From: the human T2T-CHM13v2.0 reference genome, Homo sapiens
Assembly (NCBI RefSeq): GCF_009914755.1
Contig: NC_060940.1
Length of the DNA stretch: 64,000 nt
Strand: one strand, 5' to 3'
Under the pieces are notes generated by a model. The model was not told where the DNA came from and did not search any database. It was given only the letters and a program-made list of their open reading frames with translations. The position numbers and the translations under genes are program-made. The number at the start of each line of letters is the position of its first letter. Within the stretch, counting starts at the first letter, position 1. Positions 1-16,384 of the stretch are shown here, piece after piece.

Positions 1-77
1 ATCTGCATCCTGCTTCAGCCTGTAGTGACCAGGAAGAACTGTGGCTAACTGGAGCCTGCATCCCAGTGGGGCCTTCA

Positions 78-162
78 AAGTACCACAATCAGAGTGGCTT
101 AAACAATGGAAATGTATCATCTCACAGTTCTCGAGGCTGGAAGTCTAAATTCAAGGTGTTGG
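78..162 (-). mobile_element. 85-nt MLT1 LTR fragment (near-copy of 1357-1441)
   Basis: aagtaccaca...gtggcttaaacaa...ctcacagttct...ggctggaagtc...tcaaggtgttgg, a MaLR LTR motif. Confidence 0.8.
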
Positions 163-869
163 AGGAGCCAGACTCCAGTGGGGCAGAGCTATCCCCAAAC
201 TGGTTCCTGGGGACTTTTTGGTGGGACCCAGAGCCTGGAAAGAGGCCTGCCTGGGGCCCGAGGAAGGTAGGAGTGGGAGGCAACCCCTGTCGGCATGTCA
301 AGGTTCCTGCAGCCAATAGCGTCACAGAGTTGTCACATTGTTAACTAGATAATGGAGAAATGATCTGTAGGGGAAAAGAGCCAAATAGAACATGAAAGAT
401 GTCAGAAAAGTCTGGCGAATTTTGATTCTGTCAACTTTGGTGAGATGGGAGCTGGGAAAGGGAGAGAGAGGAGAAGGAGGTATGGGGCGAGATAAAGGCC
501 TGAGTCTGCTTTCGGAGCTCCCTCAGCAGGTGGGGAGTAGGGGTGGCAGTCCCAGGTGCCATTGTTCCTTCTGCATCTCCTAGATTGGCCTCACCGACTG
601 CTGTTCAGGTTGACAAGCCTCCAGTCTATCCTGCTGGTACTGTCTTCACTATCTGAACCAATCTAAATGGCTTTTCAGAAGTTCCTCCAAAACAAGTTGG
701 TAAAAAAGTATGCCACTGCACGAACCCCCCTAGAGCCCCTAGTAGGGCAGGAGTGGCACGGTGGTGGTCGTGTACCTTTCCCAGCATCCTACTGAGCTAA
801 CTGGGACTTCCCTCCTTTGTATATGTGCCAAGATTGCTATTTTTTCCATATTCAAGTAACAAAATTAAG

Positions 870-1112
870 GGTCAGTACTTACAAAGCACTGAACTAGCTC
901 CCAAGCTGTGTGTAGGACTACATATGTAATCTTGCATTTAATCATCCACACAGCCCCGTGCAATAGGTACTGCTATTATCAATATTATTGTACAGAGGAG
1001 ATGGAGGCACAGAGAGGTTAAGGAATCTGTCCAAGATCACACAGCCTGTAAGTGATGAAGCCAGTATTTGAGAACCTGGGCTGCAGAATCTCTGCTCTTA
1101 ATTACTCCACTA
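870..1112 (-). mobile_element. MIR SINE
   Basis: Core gaggcacagagaggttaagg..tgtccaagatcacacagc..gtaagtgatgaagcc. Confidence 0.8.
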
Positions 1113-1327
1113 TAAGCCCCTCTTGTGCCAACTAAACTATTATTTGCTTAATTACCCACATTAATTACCACTTAATTAATACCCACGTCAGCCTAGTCCT
1201 AAGCAGTAACATGCCTGAAAATCAGAGGTTTGAGTCACTTGTTATACTTTTTTCTCATGCTCATCAATATATATATATTAGTATTTTAAAAGTTGAACCA
1301 TGTATCAACTAAAATCATCTGGCATAG

Positions 1328-1740
1328 TGCATTAGCTTGCTAGGGCAGCCATAACGAAGTACCACAATCAGAGTGGCTTAAGCAATGGAAACGTATCATC
1401 TCACAGTTCTCAAGGCTCCAAGTCTAAATTCAAGGTGTTGGCAAGGGCCATTTTCTGAAGGCACTGGGGGGTAGTCCATTCCAGGCCTCTCTCCTAACTT
1501 CTGACAGTTCCTTGGCTTGTGGCAACATAACTCCAATCTGTACATGGTATTCTCCATGTATGTCTCTGTCTCTGTGTCCAAATGTGCCATTTTTATAAAG
1601 ACAGATGAATGCCCAACCTAATGACTTCATCTTAACTTGATCATCTGCAAACACCCTATTTCCAAATAAGGTCACAGTCACAGGTACTAGGGGTTAGGGC
1701 CTCAATGACCTTTTTAGGGGACACAATTCAACCCATAATA
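1328..1740 (-). mobile_element. MLT1B/C-like MaLR solo LTR
   Basis: Termini tgcattagcttgctagggcagccataac ... ggggacacaattcaacccataa; internal ccctatttccaaataaggtcaca. Confidence 0.88.
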
Positions 1741-1824
1741 TATGCTTTCATGTCTAGCACTTTGAGAAATAGAGCTTAATTAATTTATGATCTGCCTTTT
1801 TCCAAAAAGTTCTGACATGGACTA

Positions 1825-2255
<431 letters not shown>

Positions 2256-3039
2256 CTAAAGTAGTCACAGCTGTAACACTGAGCTTCCTGGCCACCATGG
2301 CAAAGAAGCATGCGTTCATACAAAAAATGCATGTCACTGGGTCCATTTAATAAAGATCAGATTACCAGCTATTCCTGGTATTTAGTTCTTAGGGTAGTTT
2401 GTTCCATCAGTACTCCTAAAGAGGACACTATTTGAGGTAGTGGAATTCTTATTTTGAACAGGTTTGGAGCTCAGCCTTTGCTTATTCAATATACTTGGCT
2501 CTAACATAAGTCAAATTTGAAGAAAGAGTTCTGTGGCTAAGAGGAAAGCTGAAAAGCCTGGCATTGTCACTGCTCTCACACTGAAATGGGATTATGGTAG
2601 AGCCACATCTCACCTAGATATTAGGCTGTAAAGGAAGTAAAAAGTGCAGGAGACCAGAGTTACCGTTAGAAATCCCTCAAATTGATGATTAAGTGCAGCA
2701 TGTATTGGTTTATACAGATGACCTCATACAGATACATGAACTCTCAGTAAGCCCAAGACAGTCTGTCTCTCCTCCAGTGTGGGAAAAATCACAGCTTCTT
2801 GGCTGAGCCCCAGAAGAAGCAGCTGGCCTTGTTTAGGGTCAGGGTTGTAGGGGAAATGTGTGTTTTTAGACACTGGCATCATGCTCAGAACACTGGGATG
2901 TTCACACCACCAGAGACACAAGGAACCTGAAACTTCCTAAAAGTGCAGCAGAATCACAAACCAACTCACTCTCCTCAAGGCAACATCTGGAGGGTGGGCT
3001 GCTTGTATGCTTTACTCTGTATCTGGGGTCGGGGAGGGA

Positions 3040-4185
3040 TGTCTTTTTTGGTACATACAGAATTTGACTTTTTATATCTTCTAAGGGAATTGAACCTTTT
3101 ATCATTATGTGTTGTTTCTCACTCTAGTAATGCTTTTTGCCTTAAAGTCTACTTTGTCTGATATAAAGCTACTCCGGCTTTCTTTTGGTTAGTATTTGTA
3201 TGGTGTACTGTTTTTTATCCTTTCAGTTTCAAACTTTCTGTATCTTTATATTAAGGTTTGTCTCTTATAAGCAGCACGTAATTGGTTTTTAGTTTTATCC
3301 TCTAACAATCTATGCGTTTTAATGGGAGCATTCAGTCCATTTATGTTTAATGTAATTGCTGATATATGTGAGTTTACATCTACTATCTTATTGTTTGCTT
3401 TTTATTTGTTTTTCCTGTTTTATGTTTCTCTTTCTCTCCTTTCTTGCCTTCCTTTGAACTGATTGCTTTGTATTATTTCTCTTTTTTCCTGTCTATTAGC
3501 TTGTTAGTTATACATTCTTTTTTTATTATTATTCTAGTCATTACCAGAGATTACAACATGCATTCTTGACTTACTAGGGTTTACTTTAAATTAGCAAGTT
3601 TACCACTTCTCATTTATTGGAAGTATCTTACAAACTCTAACTCTATTTTTTCCTTTCCCAACTTAAATACTGTTGTATGCATTTTAATTCTCTCTAGCTT
3701 TTAAACACCACTAGACATTATTTCTAGTGATTATTACTACTGATTATTATTAGTAGTAGACATTATTACTACTGATTATTATTTTATATAATCAGCAGTA
3801 ATTTGGATTCGCCCACATTGTTAACCTTTCTGTGCCCTTCACTCCTGGCTACTTCCAGGTCACCCTCACTCCCAGACTGTAGCCTCTGAACCTGTTGCCA
3901 GCTCTGCTCAGCTTCCCAGCCTTGTGGCAGCTCTCATCAGAATCAGTAGCACCTTAAGAGGAAAGGCCTCCAAGACGTTGGGTCTACATCTCTGAGTTTC
4001 TTTCTCCAGTCTACTATATCCCTGTAATTCTTCACAGCCCTGTTCATTCTCCATGCCTTCAAACGATCTCTTTTTTTTTTCAAATAGATTTTTTAAATAT
4101 TTAAAAATATTTTCTAGGTTTCCTAGTTGTGTTCCAGCAAGAGGTTGGTCTGAATTAGATAGTCTGCTATTCCAGAAGTGTAACC
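3040..4185 (-). mobile_element. Ancient L1M (L1ME-like) fragments
   Basis: T-rich antisense L1 body (gctactccggctttcttttggttagtatttgtatgg; ttgtctcttataagcagca) joined to L1M 5'-end-like sequence near 3900-4180. Confidence 0.65.
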
Positions 4186-4924
4186 TTTTGCTTGTACCCC
4201 ATAAAGAGTTATTTCTCCCCTTGCCCCTTTTTCTTAGACTAAGCCCATAAAATTGAATTTGTGTCAATTAAATGTGTGTGTGATGCAACTCCAAGAGAGC
4301 TTCATTCCTTTCTATCACTGCAACTGTCCCTAGTTCTAATGAAAGGGCCTCATGTCCTCTATTGCTCCAACCTCAATCCGTAAGCCTTCCAGAAAAGCTA
4401 ATATAATCTCCTTCTAGAAACCTGTTGTCTTCTTGAGGGTGAAAGAACATTAGTCTTTAATGCAGAAAGTTTACTGTCCAAGTTGTCACAGTGCTCTAGG
4501 GAAGTGATATATCTGAACCACTTTTCCCAGACAAGCTGCCAACCACAGAAATAAAGCAACACCCCTCAGTGTGAGTGAATTAGAGGAATTTGACAGCCCT
4601 GTACTTAGTGTTCCTGTCAGGAAAACCTGCAACAGCAAGACCATTCTGCCAAAGTCCAGAGACTCTTAATATATTAGCCAGCGTTCATTAACAGTAAGTG
4701 ACAGAAACCCTAATCAGCCCAAGCAACAAAGGAGAATGTCTTGCTCACAGACCTAAAAATTCCAGAATAGTAGAATTGGCCTCAGGGATGGTGGGATCCT
4801 GGTGCTCAGATGGTCTCTCGGGAAGCTGTTTCATCACTTAGCTTTACACTTCTCTAGCCCAGTGGTTCTCAAACTTGGACATGCATCAGAATTACTTGCA
4901 AAGCCAATTAAAACACAGATTGTT

Positions 4925-5075
4925 GGCCAAGCATGGTGGCTCACACCTGTAATCCTAGCGCTTTGGGAGGCTGAGGCAGGAGACTCATTTGAACCCAGGA
5001 GTTCAAGACCAGCCTGGGCGGTGTAGTGAGACCTTGTCTCTATTTTGTTCTTAAATAAAATAATAATTAAAATAA
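4925..5075 (+). mobile_element. FLAM/left-arm Alu monomer
   Basis: Single left arm with A-rich tail. Confidence 0.88.
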
Positions 5076-5078
5076 TCA

Positions 5079-5446
<368 letters not shown>

Positions 5447-5905
5447 TTAATTCCTAGCAAGTTCCCAGGCGATCCTGACATTACTGGTTTAGAGAACACA
5501 CTTTGAGACCCATGTCTCTAGTTACTACCAGGCAGGCATTTCATTGATGGCCTAGAGATGGCCCCCAGTGGCTCCAGGCTTCCTTTACTATCTGCTTTGC
5601 AATCCCCAGGTGAGAGAGACAGTTCTTTTCTTAGTTCAAGAACCAGCTCTCTCCTGAACCAGCCTCCCTCCTCCATGGTCAGGGAGAGGTAGTCTGGCAT
5701 GGCCCAGGCTGAGCCAGAAGTGGAGTCAGATCTGCAAAGATCCACTACAGCCAGGGCCAGGAGTGGGGTCATAGCCACCCAAAAGGCTGAGAAAGGTGAG
5801 GAAAGAATGGTTCCCTGAAGGAAACCATAGGTGCTGTGAAGATCATAGTGCCAGGTAGACAAAAGCCACTGCTATCCATTTCATATAAAAATGAACCACA
5901 TAGGT

Positions 5906-6195
5906 GGCCAGGCGTAGTAGATCATGCCTGTAATGCCAGCATTTTGGGAGGCCAAGGCAGGTGGATCACTTGAGGTCAGGAGTTTGAGACCAGCCTGGCC
6001 AACATGTCAGAACCCCATCTCTACTAAAAATATGAAAATTAGCTGGGTGTGGTGGCATGTGCCTGTAGTCCCAGCTACTCAGGAGGCTGAGGTTGGAGAA
6101 TCACTTGAACCTAGGAGGTGGAGGTTGCAGTGAGATCACGCCACTGGACTCCAGCCTGGATGACAGAGTGAGACTCCGTCTAAAAAAAAAAAAAA
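5906..6195 (+). mobile_element. Alu (S-like)
   Basis: Full dimer, TSD aaccacatagg. Confidence 0.97.
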
Positions 6196-6792
6196 GTCAA
6201 CCACATAGGACATTTTGCCACAGATTCTACGGAGGCAGTGTAGAGCAATGGACTGTAACATCCAAGAGTAGAAGTCATTTAGTCTGGGGGCCTTGATTGC
6301 TGTCCTTGAAAATCACCCGCACTCCTGGGCTCAGGGAGAGACAGTGGCAGAATGATGACAGGGCTGCAGACAGCACCTGCCATCAAGAAAAGTCCCAAAA
6401 GCAGCTTTAGAGATGAGAAGAACACAGGCCTTAACAAGCCAGGTCTGTCGGCTAACTATTACTGCCTGACAACCCACCCCAAAATGTAGTGGCTTAAAAC
6501 AGCAACCGTTTTATGATTGCTCATGAGTCTGTGGGTGGACTGGGCTGTTCTGTAGTGAGCTAGCAGGTGGCTGGGCCAGATGGTCTAGGACAGCCTTACT
6601 CACATGTCTGGCAGTTTTGTTTGTCCTGAGGACCTTGGCTAGGACAGCCCATCTTGGCCCCATAGAGTCTTATTCTCTAGCACTGGTGATTTCAGGGCAG
6701 CAAGAGAGGACAAGCCCATGCCTGGGTGCTTTTTAAAGACTGCTTGGTCATGATTGCTAATGTCCTGTTAGCCAAAGAAAGTCACCAGGCAG

Positions 6793-7087
6793 GGCCGGCT
6801 GCAGTGCCTCATGCGTGTAAGCCTAGCACTTTGGGAGTCCGAGGCGAGAGGATCACTTGAGCCTGGGAGTTCAAGACCAGCCTGGGCAACAAAGTGATAC
6901 CTCATCTCTACAAATAATAATAATAATAATAATAAAACTAGCTGGGTGATGTGGTGCATGCCTGTGGTCCCAGCTACACAGGAGGCTGAGGCAAGAGGAT
7001 GACTTGAGCACAGGGAAGTCAAGGCTGCAGTGAGCCATACTCATTCCATGGCACTCCAGCCCGGGTGACAGAGTGAGACCCCATCTC
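6793..7087 (+). mobile_element. AluJ
   Basis: Dimer with (TAA)n middle linker; TSD aaag(t/c)caccaggc. Confidence 0.95.
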
Positions 7088-7139
<52 letters not shown>

Positions 7140-7165
7140 GATAGATAGATAGATAGATAGATAGA
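7088..7165 (+). repeat. (AGAT)13 GAT (AGAT)5 tetranucleotide STR in Alu tail
   Basis: Read directly. Confidence 0.97.
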
Positions 7166-7514
7166 AAAATAAATAAAAATAAAATGAAAGCCACCAGGCC
7201 AAGCCCAGCTAGAGAAACAGACACTAGCTCCTAATGGAAAATGCTGCAAAACCACATTGCAGCGGTCCACATACAGGGGTGGGAGGAATTCGTGGCCACT
7301 TGTTGCAGTTCCCGATGCCATAGGAAGCAGGTAGCCTGATGACGTTGGCCCATTTGGAAATGCATGGAGGCTTTGGAGCACTCAGGCCTAGAACATTGTC
7401 CCAGGGCACACTCTCCCTTCCCCACCTCCCTCTTGGCTTTTAGAAGTGAGTGTGGACATCTGAAGACAAAACAAGGCTATGTCTACCATTTCCCTGGACT
7501 TTTTGCCACACAAC

Positions 7515-7830
7515 ATAGTGTACAGTTTCAAGGCCTACCAGGCATGTGACCACAGGGAGTGGGGTGCACTGTGGAAACTGGAGCATTTCAGCCCTGTCGA
7601 AAGGGGGCGCCATCACCTAGCTCCAGCCGATGGTTCCCACATATGAATACTGTTCCAGGGTTGCCAGATGGTATTACTTTTCAGGAGATGCCAGGAATCC
7701 CAATTTTCAGGTGGATTTCCTTTTTTTTTGAGCTTGGCATCTATTTTCAATTTTTCTAAAAAAGTGAAAGTGACACAATACATCTCTGTAGGCAGGTTAT
7801 GCCTGTGGGCTGCCGGTTTATGATTGCTAT
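7515..7830 (+). mobile_element. MER102-like hAT element
   Basis: ctgtggaaactggagc..aaagggggc..agctccagccgatggtt..gttgccagat..ttttcaggagatgccaggaatcc. Confidence 0.75.
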
Positions 7831-10022
7831 AATAGACCCTTGTTGTCCTTAAATTTCATATTCGCCATTTCGGTGGCTTCCCAGGTGACCTCCAAGGCCC
7901 CTTGCATGTAGAAAGGGGTAATTTTGCTGAGACTCTGAATTTGAGCTTTTCAAGTCACAGCTGGTGGCTGGTGAGCCGACCGGCAGCCTCGTGCCCTCAC
8001 GTCTTCTGTGTGACATGTGTTGCATTCATGGTAAATTTCCTGAATTGATACACCTTTTGTTTCTCTGTGAGAGAGAAGAAAGCCAAACACTGGTGAAGTG
8101 AAGATAAAGCAAAGTTATCGGAAGAGGGATGGTTCTCAACCAGAAAAGAGCAGTTTGGGAGAAGTTAAAATGTGCAATTTGGCTTTTGCTGGTGGCACAA
8201 ATGGACTGTGTGAATAGATCCACCATCCTCTAGGTCTGTGATGGGAATAAATCCACCATCATGGGGTATTCAGGCTAGCATTCGCCCAAGTGAGCGATGA
8301 GAGCATCAAAAAGAATTAAAAGGTGGTTACCTCGTGTGCACGTGTGTGCGGTGTGAGGGAGTGCACAGAGGGAACGTGATTTTGGAGAACTGGGGCGCCA
8401 TGTAGGACGGTTCTGGAAAGCCAGGATGGGAAAAGCTCTGGTAGTGGAGCTGCAGCATTGACCTTCACTTGGAGAAAGGGTGATTTAATTTTTAAAAGCA
8501 TGTTCTTAGCATAATATGACTCAAAGGGCACAGACAGCACCTGATGATCATGTTGCTGGAGGAGCATTTCCTCCCAAATGAAAGACGCTCAGGGGCAAAA
8601 GGGTCTGTGCAGATAAAACTGGTCTCTACTGGAGAAAGATGCCTTTGTGACTCTCCTTGTCCAAGAGGAAGTGAGCATAGGGCTGCAGCAGCCAAGGACA
8701 GATCATCCCGCCTGCTCACAGGTCATGAGACGAGCTTCCAAGCTATCTCAGAGGCCTCTTGTTCCATCCCAGCCCCAGACTGATGAGGCATAAGAGGAAC
8801 AGGCTCTTGCCCAAAGATTGGCAGTAAAAAGATAAGGGTCACCACATGGTTCTTTTTAGACAAATTTTATAAGTGCTTCATGCGGGAAATGGTGAATGAG
8901 CTTGTGAATTTCAGGTTCTACTTGTCCTGGTGCTGCCCAAGCCTTCTACCAATGCTGGTGTTTGCACCCCACGTGTCAGGTGCTGGTGCATTTGTTTAGC
9001 TTTGACACAATCTTGGTCCCTTATTTATGGAATTGTCTATAGGGTCTAAAGGGAGCTTGATTTTTTCAACTGTGCTTTACTACAGATGATGGAGAGAACC
9101 ATGTGGTTGGGTGATATTCACAAATACTTAGATTTACAAGGTTTGGGGTTTAAGTCATTTTTCATCCATCCATTTAGCAAAAATTATAATGCCAGGTGTC
9201 AGGGATACAACAGTAAACAAGATGGGTATGACCTCATGAAGTAGCTGAGGCTCTACAAGAACTGAGCCCGCAACCTCTCCACCCTCGTTGCTAACCATCC
9301 TTCCCCTTGCCCCCCATTCCAGCCCCCTTGCCACTCCTCAGTGTGCTGAGCTTGACCTACCAGGGCCTGGCACCTGCTGTTCCAGGCGAAGGGAAGAGCA
9401 GGGTATTCCCAGGGCTCACCGCCTTCGTGTCCCCACTCAGATATCCTCTTCCCAGATGGTACATCTCAAATGACAGTGCGTCCCCTCCCATCATGAGCAG
9501 CCCCTTACCCTCTGCATGTACCTGACCCATGTCTGTCTCTGCTTTGTGACTACAAGGTCAATGAGGGCAGAAAGTGTGCCCGTTCCTCCGACCCCTGTAC
9601 TCCCACACCAAGAGCAGCATCTCACTCAACCAAAGAAGCTCACAGCATAGTGCAGGTCGTAAGCCTGGTAACGAAGTACCTTTGACTTTGTGGATAACTC
9701 ATTTCTGCGTTAGGGGCGAGGGTGTGTCTATACTTTGGGGTGTTTTGGCTTCAGCTCCAGTATAGCTCAAAACCACATCCTTCAGCTTCCTTCACTCCTT
9801 TTGTGGTCCTCCTGGCTATTTCAGGGACCTGATCCTTTTTGCACTGAGTAAGGAAGATACTGGTGAGATCTTCCCCATCCTTTTACCTGTTGCTTGTTTC
9901 CATAACAATAAGAATCTGCAACATAGCTTGCTAAACAGAGTTTCTTCCAAACCTCATTCTCAGCCCATGTTTGCTTTACTTTCTCATCTCTCCTGTTGCC
10001 CAGCAGGCCAAGTGACAGATGA

Positions 10023-10508
<486 letters not shown>

Positions 10509-10544
10509 TGAAGGTTCCTCTAGGTGCCTTGACCCTTCTCAGGG

Positions 10545-10810
10545 AGCAGCTGGGACGTGCCCTGGCCTGTACTAGAACAGCCAGTGGGTTCTGTTGGCCC
10601 TTACAACATTTCTTAGAAACTGGAAGACATTATGAACAAATAAAATTCAGGGGATTTCACATATATTTCAGATGGTAGCTTTTCTTGGGGGAAAAAAAAG
10701 CATTTGGTAACACTAGGAGCACAGTCCCATAAGGCAAGGATTGTCTGGAGCTGGGAGGTAGGTGGCTTCTATTCAGTGGCACTCGGCCCCTGGCATTCAG
10801 TGACACTGAG
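10545..10810 (-). mobile_element. MER102-like hAT element
   Basis: ttctgttggccc..gatttcacata..tttggtaacactagg..tggagctg..ggcccctggcattcagt. Confidence 0.65.
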
Positions 10811-11271
10811 ATGGTTCTTGGGGCATTTGCACTCACAGCCCCTTTCTTGGGTGCCTGGCAGAACTTGCTATTCCTTCATTTTAGCTTAGCATTCCCATAA
10901 AAACCTACCATCATCCCCATCAGCCCAGTGCCTGGCTGTCCTGGAAAGCAGCCCAGTAGAGCCTCCAGGTGTCTCCTGCCTTCTCCTGCCAGTGACATTC
11001 TTGATGTTGCTACCTGAACATTCAGACACAGCATTCTAATGGGGCGTAGCAAGAGAGTCAAGTGCTTCGACAGGAGCCCTTAATAATCAACAGCTGATGG
11101 TTTGCTAAGGTCCTGAGAATGGAAGCATGCTGTTTTTCAGAAAGCCTTGTACCAGGTCACAAGTATACATAGATCCCCCAAGATGTCATACCTGTAAATT
11201 TCATTAGTTTGTTTTAGGCCAACATTAATACCAATCTTTGATACCCTTAAATGATCCAATCCAGTTGCCTA

Positions 11272-12500
<1,229 letters not shown>

Positions 12501-13104
12501 GGTAAACTCTTTAAGCACCCCAAAGAAATATTTGGAGCAGCTCTATATTTTAATGGAGTATGTTTTAATATGAAAAAAATCCAAACATAAATAATTGAGA
12601 GGATGTTACACTGACCTCCCCTCCCCGCCCCAATGTATCCATCCATTACCCATCCTTGGCAATAATCAATTTACAGGCAATTTCATCTCGTCATCACCCC
12701 TACCCATTCCCCAGATTTTTAGGAAGCAAATGGAAGCCTTCATATAATTTTACCTGCAGATATTTTAGTATTCTTTTCTTTTTAGAGCGTCATTGTACTC
12801 TGTTGGGTGGGTGTACCATAATTTATTAGATGCTTAGTTTTATTAGGTGCTTCTTTTATATCACTGTATATTTTATAAAACCATCTTTCCATTCATGGGA
12901 ACTTCCAGAATCAACTGCAACTTTGCAATACTTGTTTTCTTAAATTGGGGTGTTATTACTTTGTAATTCTTGTTACCCGTGCAAAAGTAAAACAAAAAAG
13001 CAATAATATTGCAAAATACCCATCCTTCTTCCTAACATTATATATTATTCTTTACAGGTATTCTGTAAGAAAGTTAATTTTTTAAATAAGTTTTTGTTTT
13101 GATG

Positions 13105-14230
<1,126 letters not shown>

Positions 14231-14239
14231 TGATAAAAT

Positions 14240-15045
14240 TTTAAACTTAAAGTAACATTGTAAGGATAGTACACTGACGCTTCCACCCTTCACCCACATA
14301 CCCAGATTCACCAGTTAACGTTTTACTCCAATTGCTTTTGCTTTATATTCTATGTATATATATAATTATATAAAAATTATATATAATTATACAAAAATTA
14401 TATATACAGAAATATTATGCACACACATATGTGTATGCCTGCTATCATGTATTGATCTGTAAATTAAATTATATAACTGCAGATAAATTGATCGATAGAG
14501 GGTGTGTGTGTGTGTGTAAATATTTGAGATGAAGTTGCAGACATCATTCCCCTTTACCCCTGAACTGTGTTTGTGCATGTGCATATGTGTGTGTGCATGT
14601 ATGTGTGTAAACTATTTGAGATGAAGTTGCAGACGTCATTCCCCTTTACTCCTGAACTGTGTGTGTGTGTTTGTAAGCTATTTGAAATTAAGTGGCAGAC
14701 ATCATTCCCCTTTACCCCGAACACTGCTATATATATCTCCTAAAAACAAGGGCATTCATTTTACATAACCACAGTACACTAACAAAATTCAGGATATTTA
14801 GCATTACTAGAATACCACTGTCTAAGCCATAGACTGTATTTGAATTTTCCCAGTTGCCACAATAATGTTCTTTACAGCACTGCTCCCTCCCCAGGACCAA
14901 GTCCCCCCAGGGCCACCACTGCATTCAGCCGTGTCTGCCTAGTCTCCTGTAATCTGGAACCGTTTTCTTTGTCTTTTACCGCCTTGACATTTTTGGAGAG
15001 TATGGGCCAGTTGTTTTATAGAATGTTCCTCAATTGGGGTCTAAT
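14240..15045 (-). mobile_element. Old L1MC-like 3' UTR fragment with internal triplication
   Basis: agttgcagacatcat.cccctttacccc..tcctaaaaacaagg.cattc..ttacataaccacagtaca. Confidence 0.7.
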
Positions 15046-15108
15046 GGGTTGTGAGCTGCACTCCGAGAATATAATCTAAAAGAACGTCCCCCTGTCTTCT
15101 GCCCTCAG

Positions 15109-15281
15109 GACCTGGAAGCCGGCGAGAGAGACCCCTGTCTGCAACCCGCAAAACTCTTTGCGAGGCTGAGTACCCAGAGGAAGATGCCTCTGCTGTGCTC
15201 CAAGCCATCCAGGTGGAGAACGCAGCCCTGCAGAGGGCGCTCCTCAGCAGAAAGGCCGAGCAGCCAGCCAGCCCACTGCAG
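15109..15281 (+). CDS. KATNIP: KATNIP internal coding exon (173 nt; probably exon 9)
   Basis: Acceptor cttctgccctcAG|GA, donor CAG|GTgcgc; translates xPGSRRERPLSATRKTLCEAEYPEEDASAVLQAIQVENAALQRALLSRKAEQPASPLQ; phase 1 in, phase 0 out, joins next exon in frame. Confidence 0.92.
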
Positions 15282-15567
15282 GTGCGCTCCGGGCTGGGAG
15301 AGGAACCGGGGGATGCTCCCTGGACTGGGCAGTGTCTGAGCTGCAGTTGAGAAGAGCAAGTGTGCAGAAGAGAGAGGTGTAGTGGGCATCGCTGACCCCA
15401 GACTCATCCGTGTTTCCACTGTTCAGACAGTCACCCACTGACCTGCTAAGGCTCCCTTTTCTTCCGCCTTCTTTTAGCTCTTTATTTCACAAAGCCTAAG
15501 CTGGGTGCTAATCTGCCTCCAGTCCTCATCCTCACTGATTTCCCTGCAAACCCTGGATACCTTAGAC

Positions 15568-15760
15568 CAGGGTTGCAAACTGGTGGGTCAGTGAAGAATG
15601 GAGTCAACAACAAGCTCTGGCTTCCCAGCAAAGGTCTCATTCCCGAGCGTGGGCCCTTCAGGCCTCCGCAGTCGTCACTGCTCCCTATTGTCCTGCCCCT
15701 GGCCCACTTCACTTGTTCACAAAACCTCTCTGGGCCTACAGGGGTTTGAGCTTCCGCCTG
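15568..15760 (-). mobile_element. MER102-like hAT element (internally deleted)
   Basis: cagggttgcaaactgg...ctccctattgtc...ggcccacttcact...ctgggcctacaggggtttgag. Confidence 0.6.
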
Positions 15761-16314
15761 CTGCCTTCAGCTTTGAGCAGCCAACAGGAGGATAAATGGT
15801 GGGTAGATCAGGGACCTTGGGGAGCTGGAGGCATTGGGTATAGCTTGGTGTGCACGTCCTTTCTCAGAAGCTTGGTCTGTGAGTCGCCTGTTGAAACCCT
15901 TTTTCTTAGCTTGTCCCCCCGATGCTCAGAGTAGCCCTTAAATAGGCAGGGTTGGTTTCATTGCCTCACTTCACAGATATGGCCACTGGTACCCAGAGAA
16001 GCAAGGTGGCCTGCTTCTCTCAAGGACAAGGTGATCACATCTTTGCAAGTGGCCGAGATCTGCCCGCCTGCAAGCCCAGGGCCCTGTCACCAGCACCGGT
16101 TGTTCCCCAGGCTCTATCTTGGGGTTGATCTTTGGGGCATCCATCGAGCAGCAACTATTGTCTGTGTTCCCAGACCTCTGACCTTGCCCCTGAACTTTAT
16201 ATCTATGGTAGCTTGAGAAGGTCCCTGCCCTTTTCTGTGCCCTCATCTTTCTGTGAACAGCATGGAGTGAATGGCTTTGTTCCAACATCACATCATGTGA
16301 TCACATCCTTCCAG

Positions 16315-16380
16315 GATGCAGAAGGACCACCAGCAAAACCATGGACCAGTCTGCTGGAGGAGAAGGAAGAGACCCTTGAG
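16315..16380 (+). CDS. KATNIP: KATNIP internal coding exon (66 nt; probably exon 10)
   Basis: Acceptor atccttccAG|GAT, donor GAG|GTcagt; DAEGPPAKPWTSLLEEKEETLE; phase 0-0. Confidence 0.9.
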
Positions 16381-16384
16381 GTCA

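Larger units (their letters stand above)
6450..7260 (-). mobile_element. Old MLT1 (H/I-like) LTR interrupted by AluJ
   Basis: caccccaaaatgtagtggcttaaaacagcaacc...gctcatgagtctgtggg...actcacatgtctggc...gccaaagaaagtcac. Confidence 0.7.

Noticed and set aside
3712-3783. Short duplicated attattactactgattattatt (and similar small duplications near 1148-1186, 8213-8260, 31388-31430)
   Set aside because: Ordinary slippage in AT-rich sequence; no added information
3908-4267. 119-aa minus-strand ORF as a possible processed pseudogene
   Set aside because: Sequence resembles an ancient L1M 5' end; no recognisable protein, non-ATG start, no poly-A or TSD
14502-14722. Repeat-spacer-repeat pattern resembling a CRISPR array
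   Set aside because: Eukaryotic intron, spacers are (TG)n, repeat is L1-derived, no cas genes
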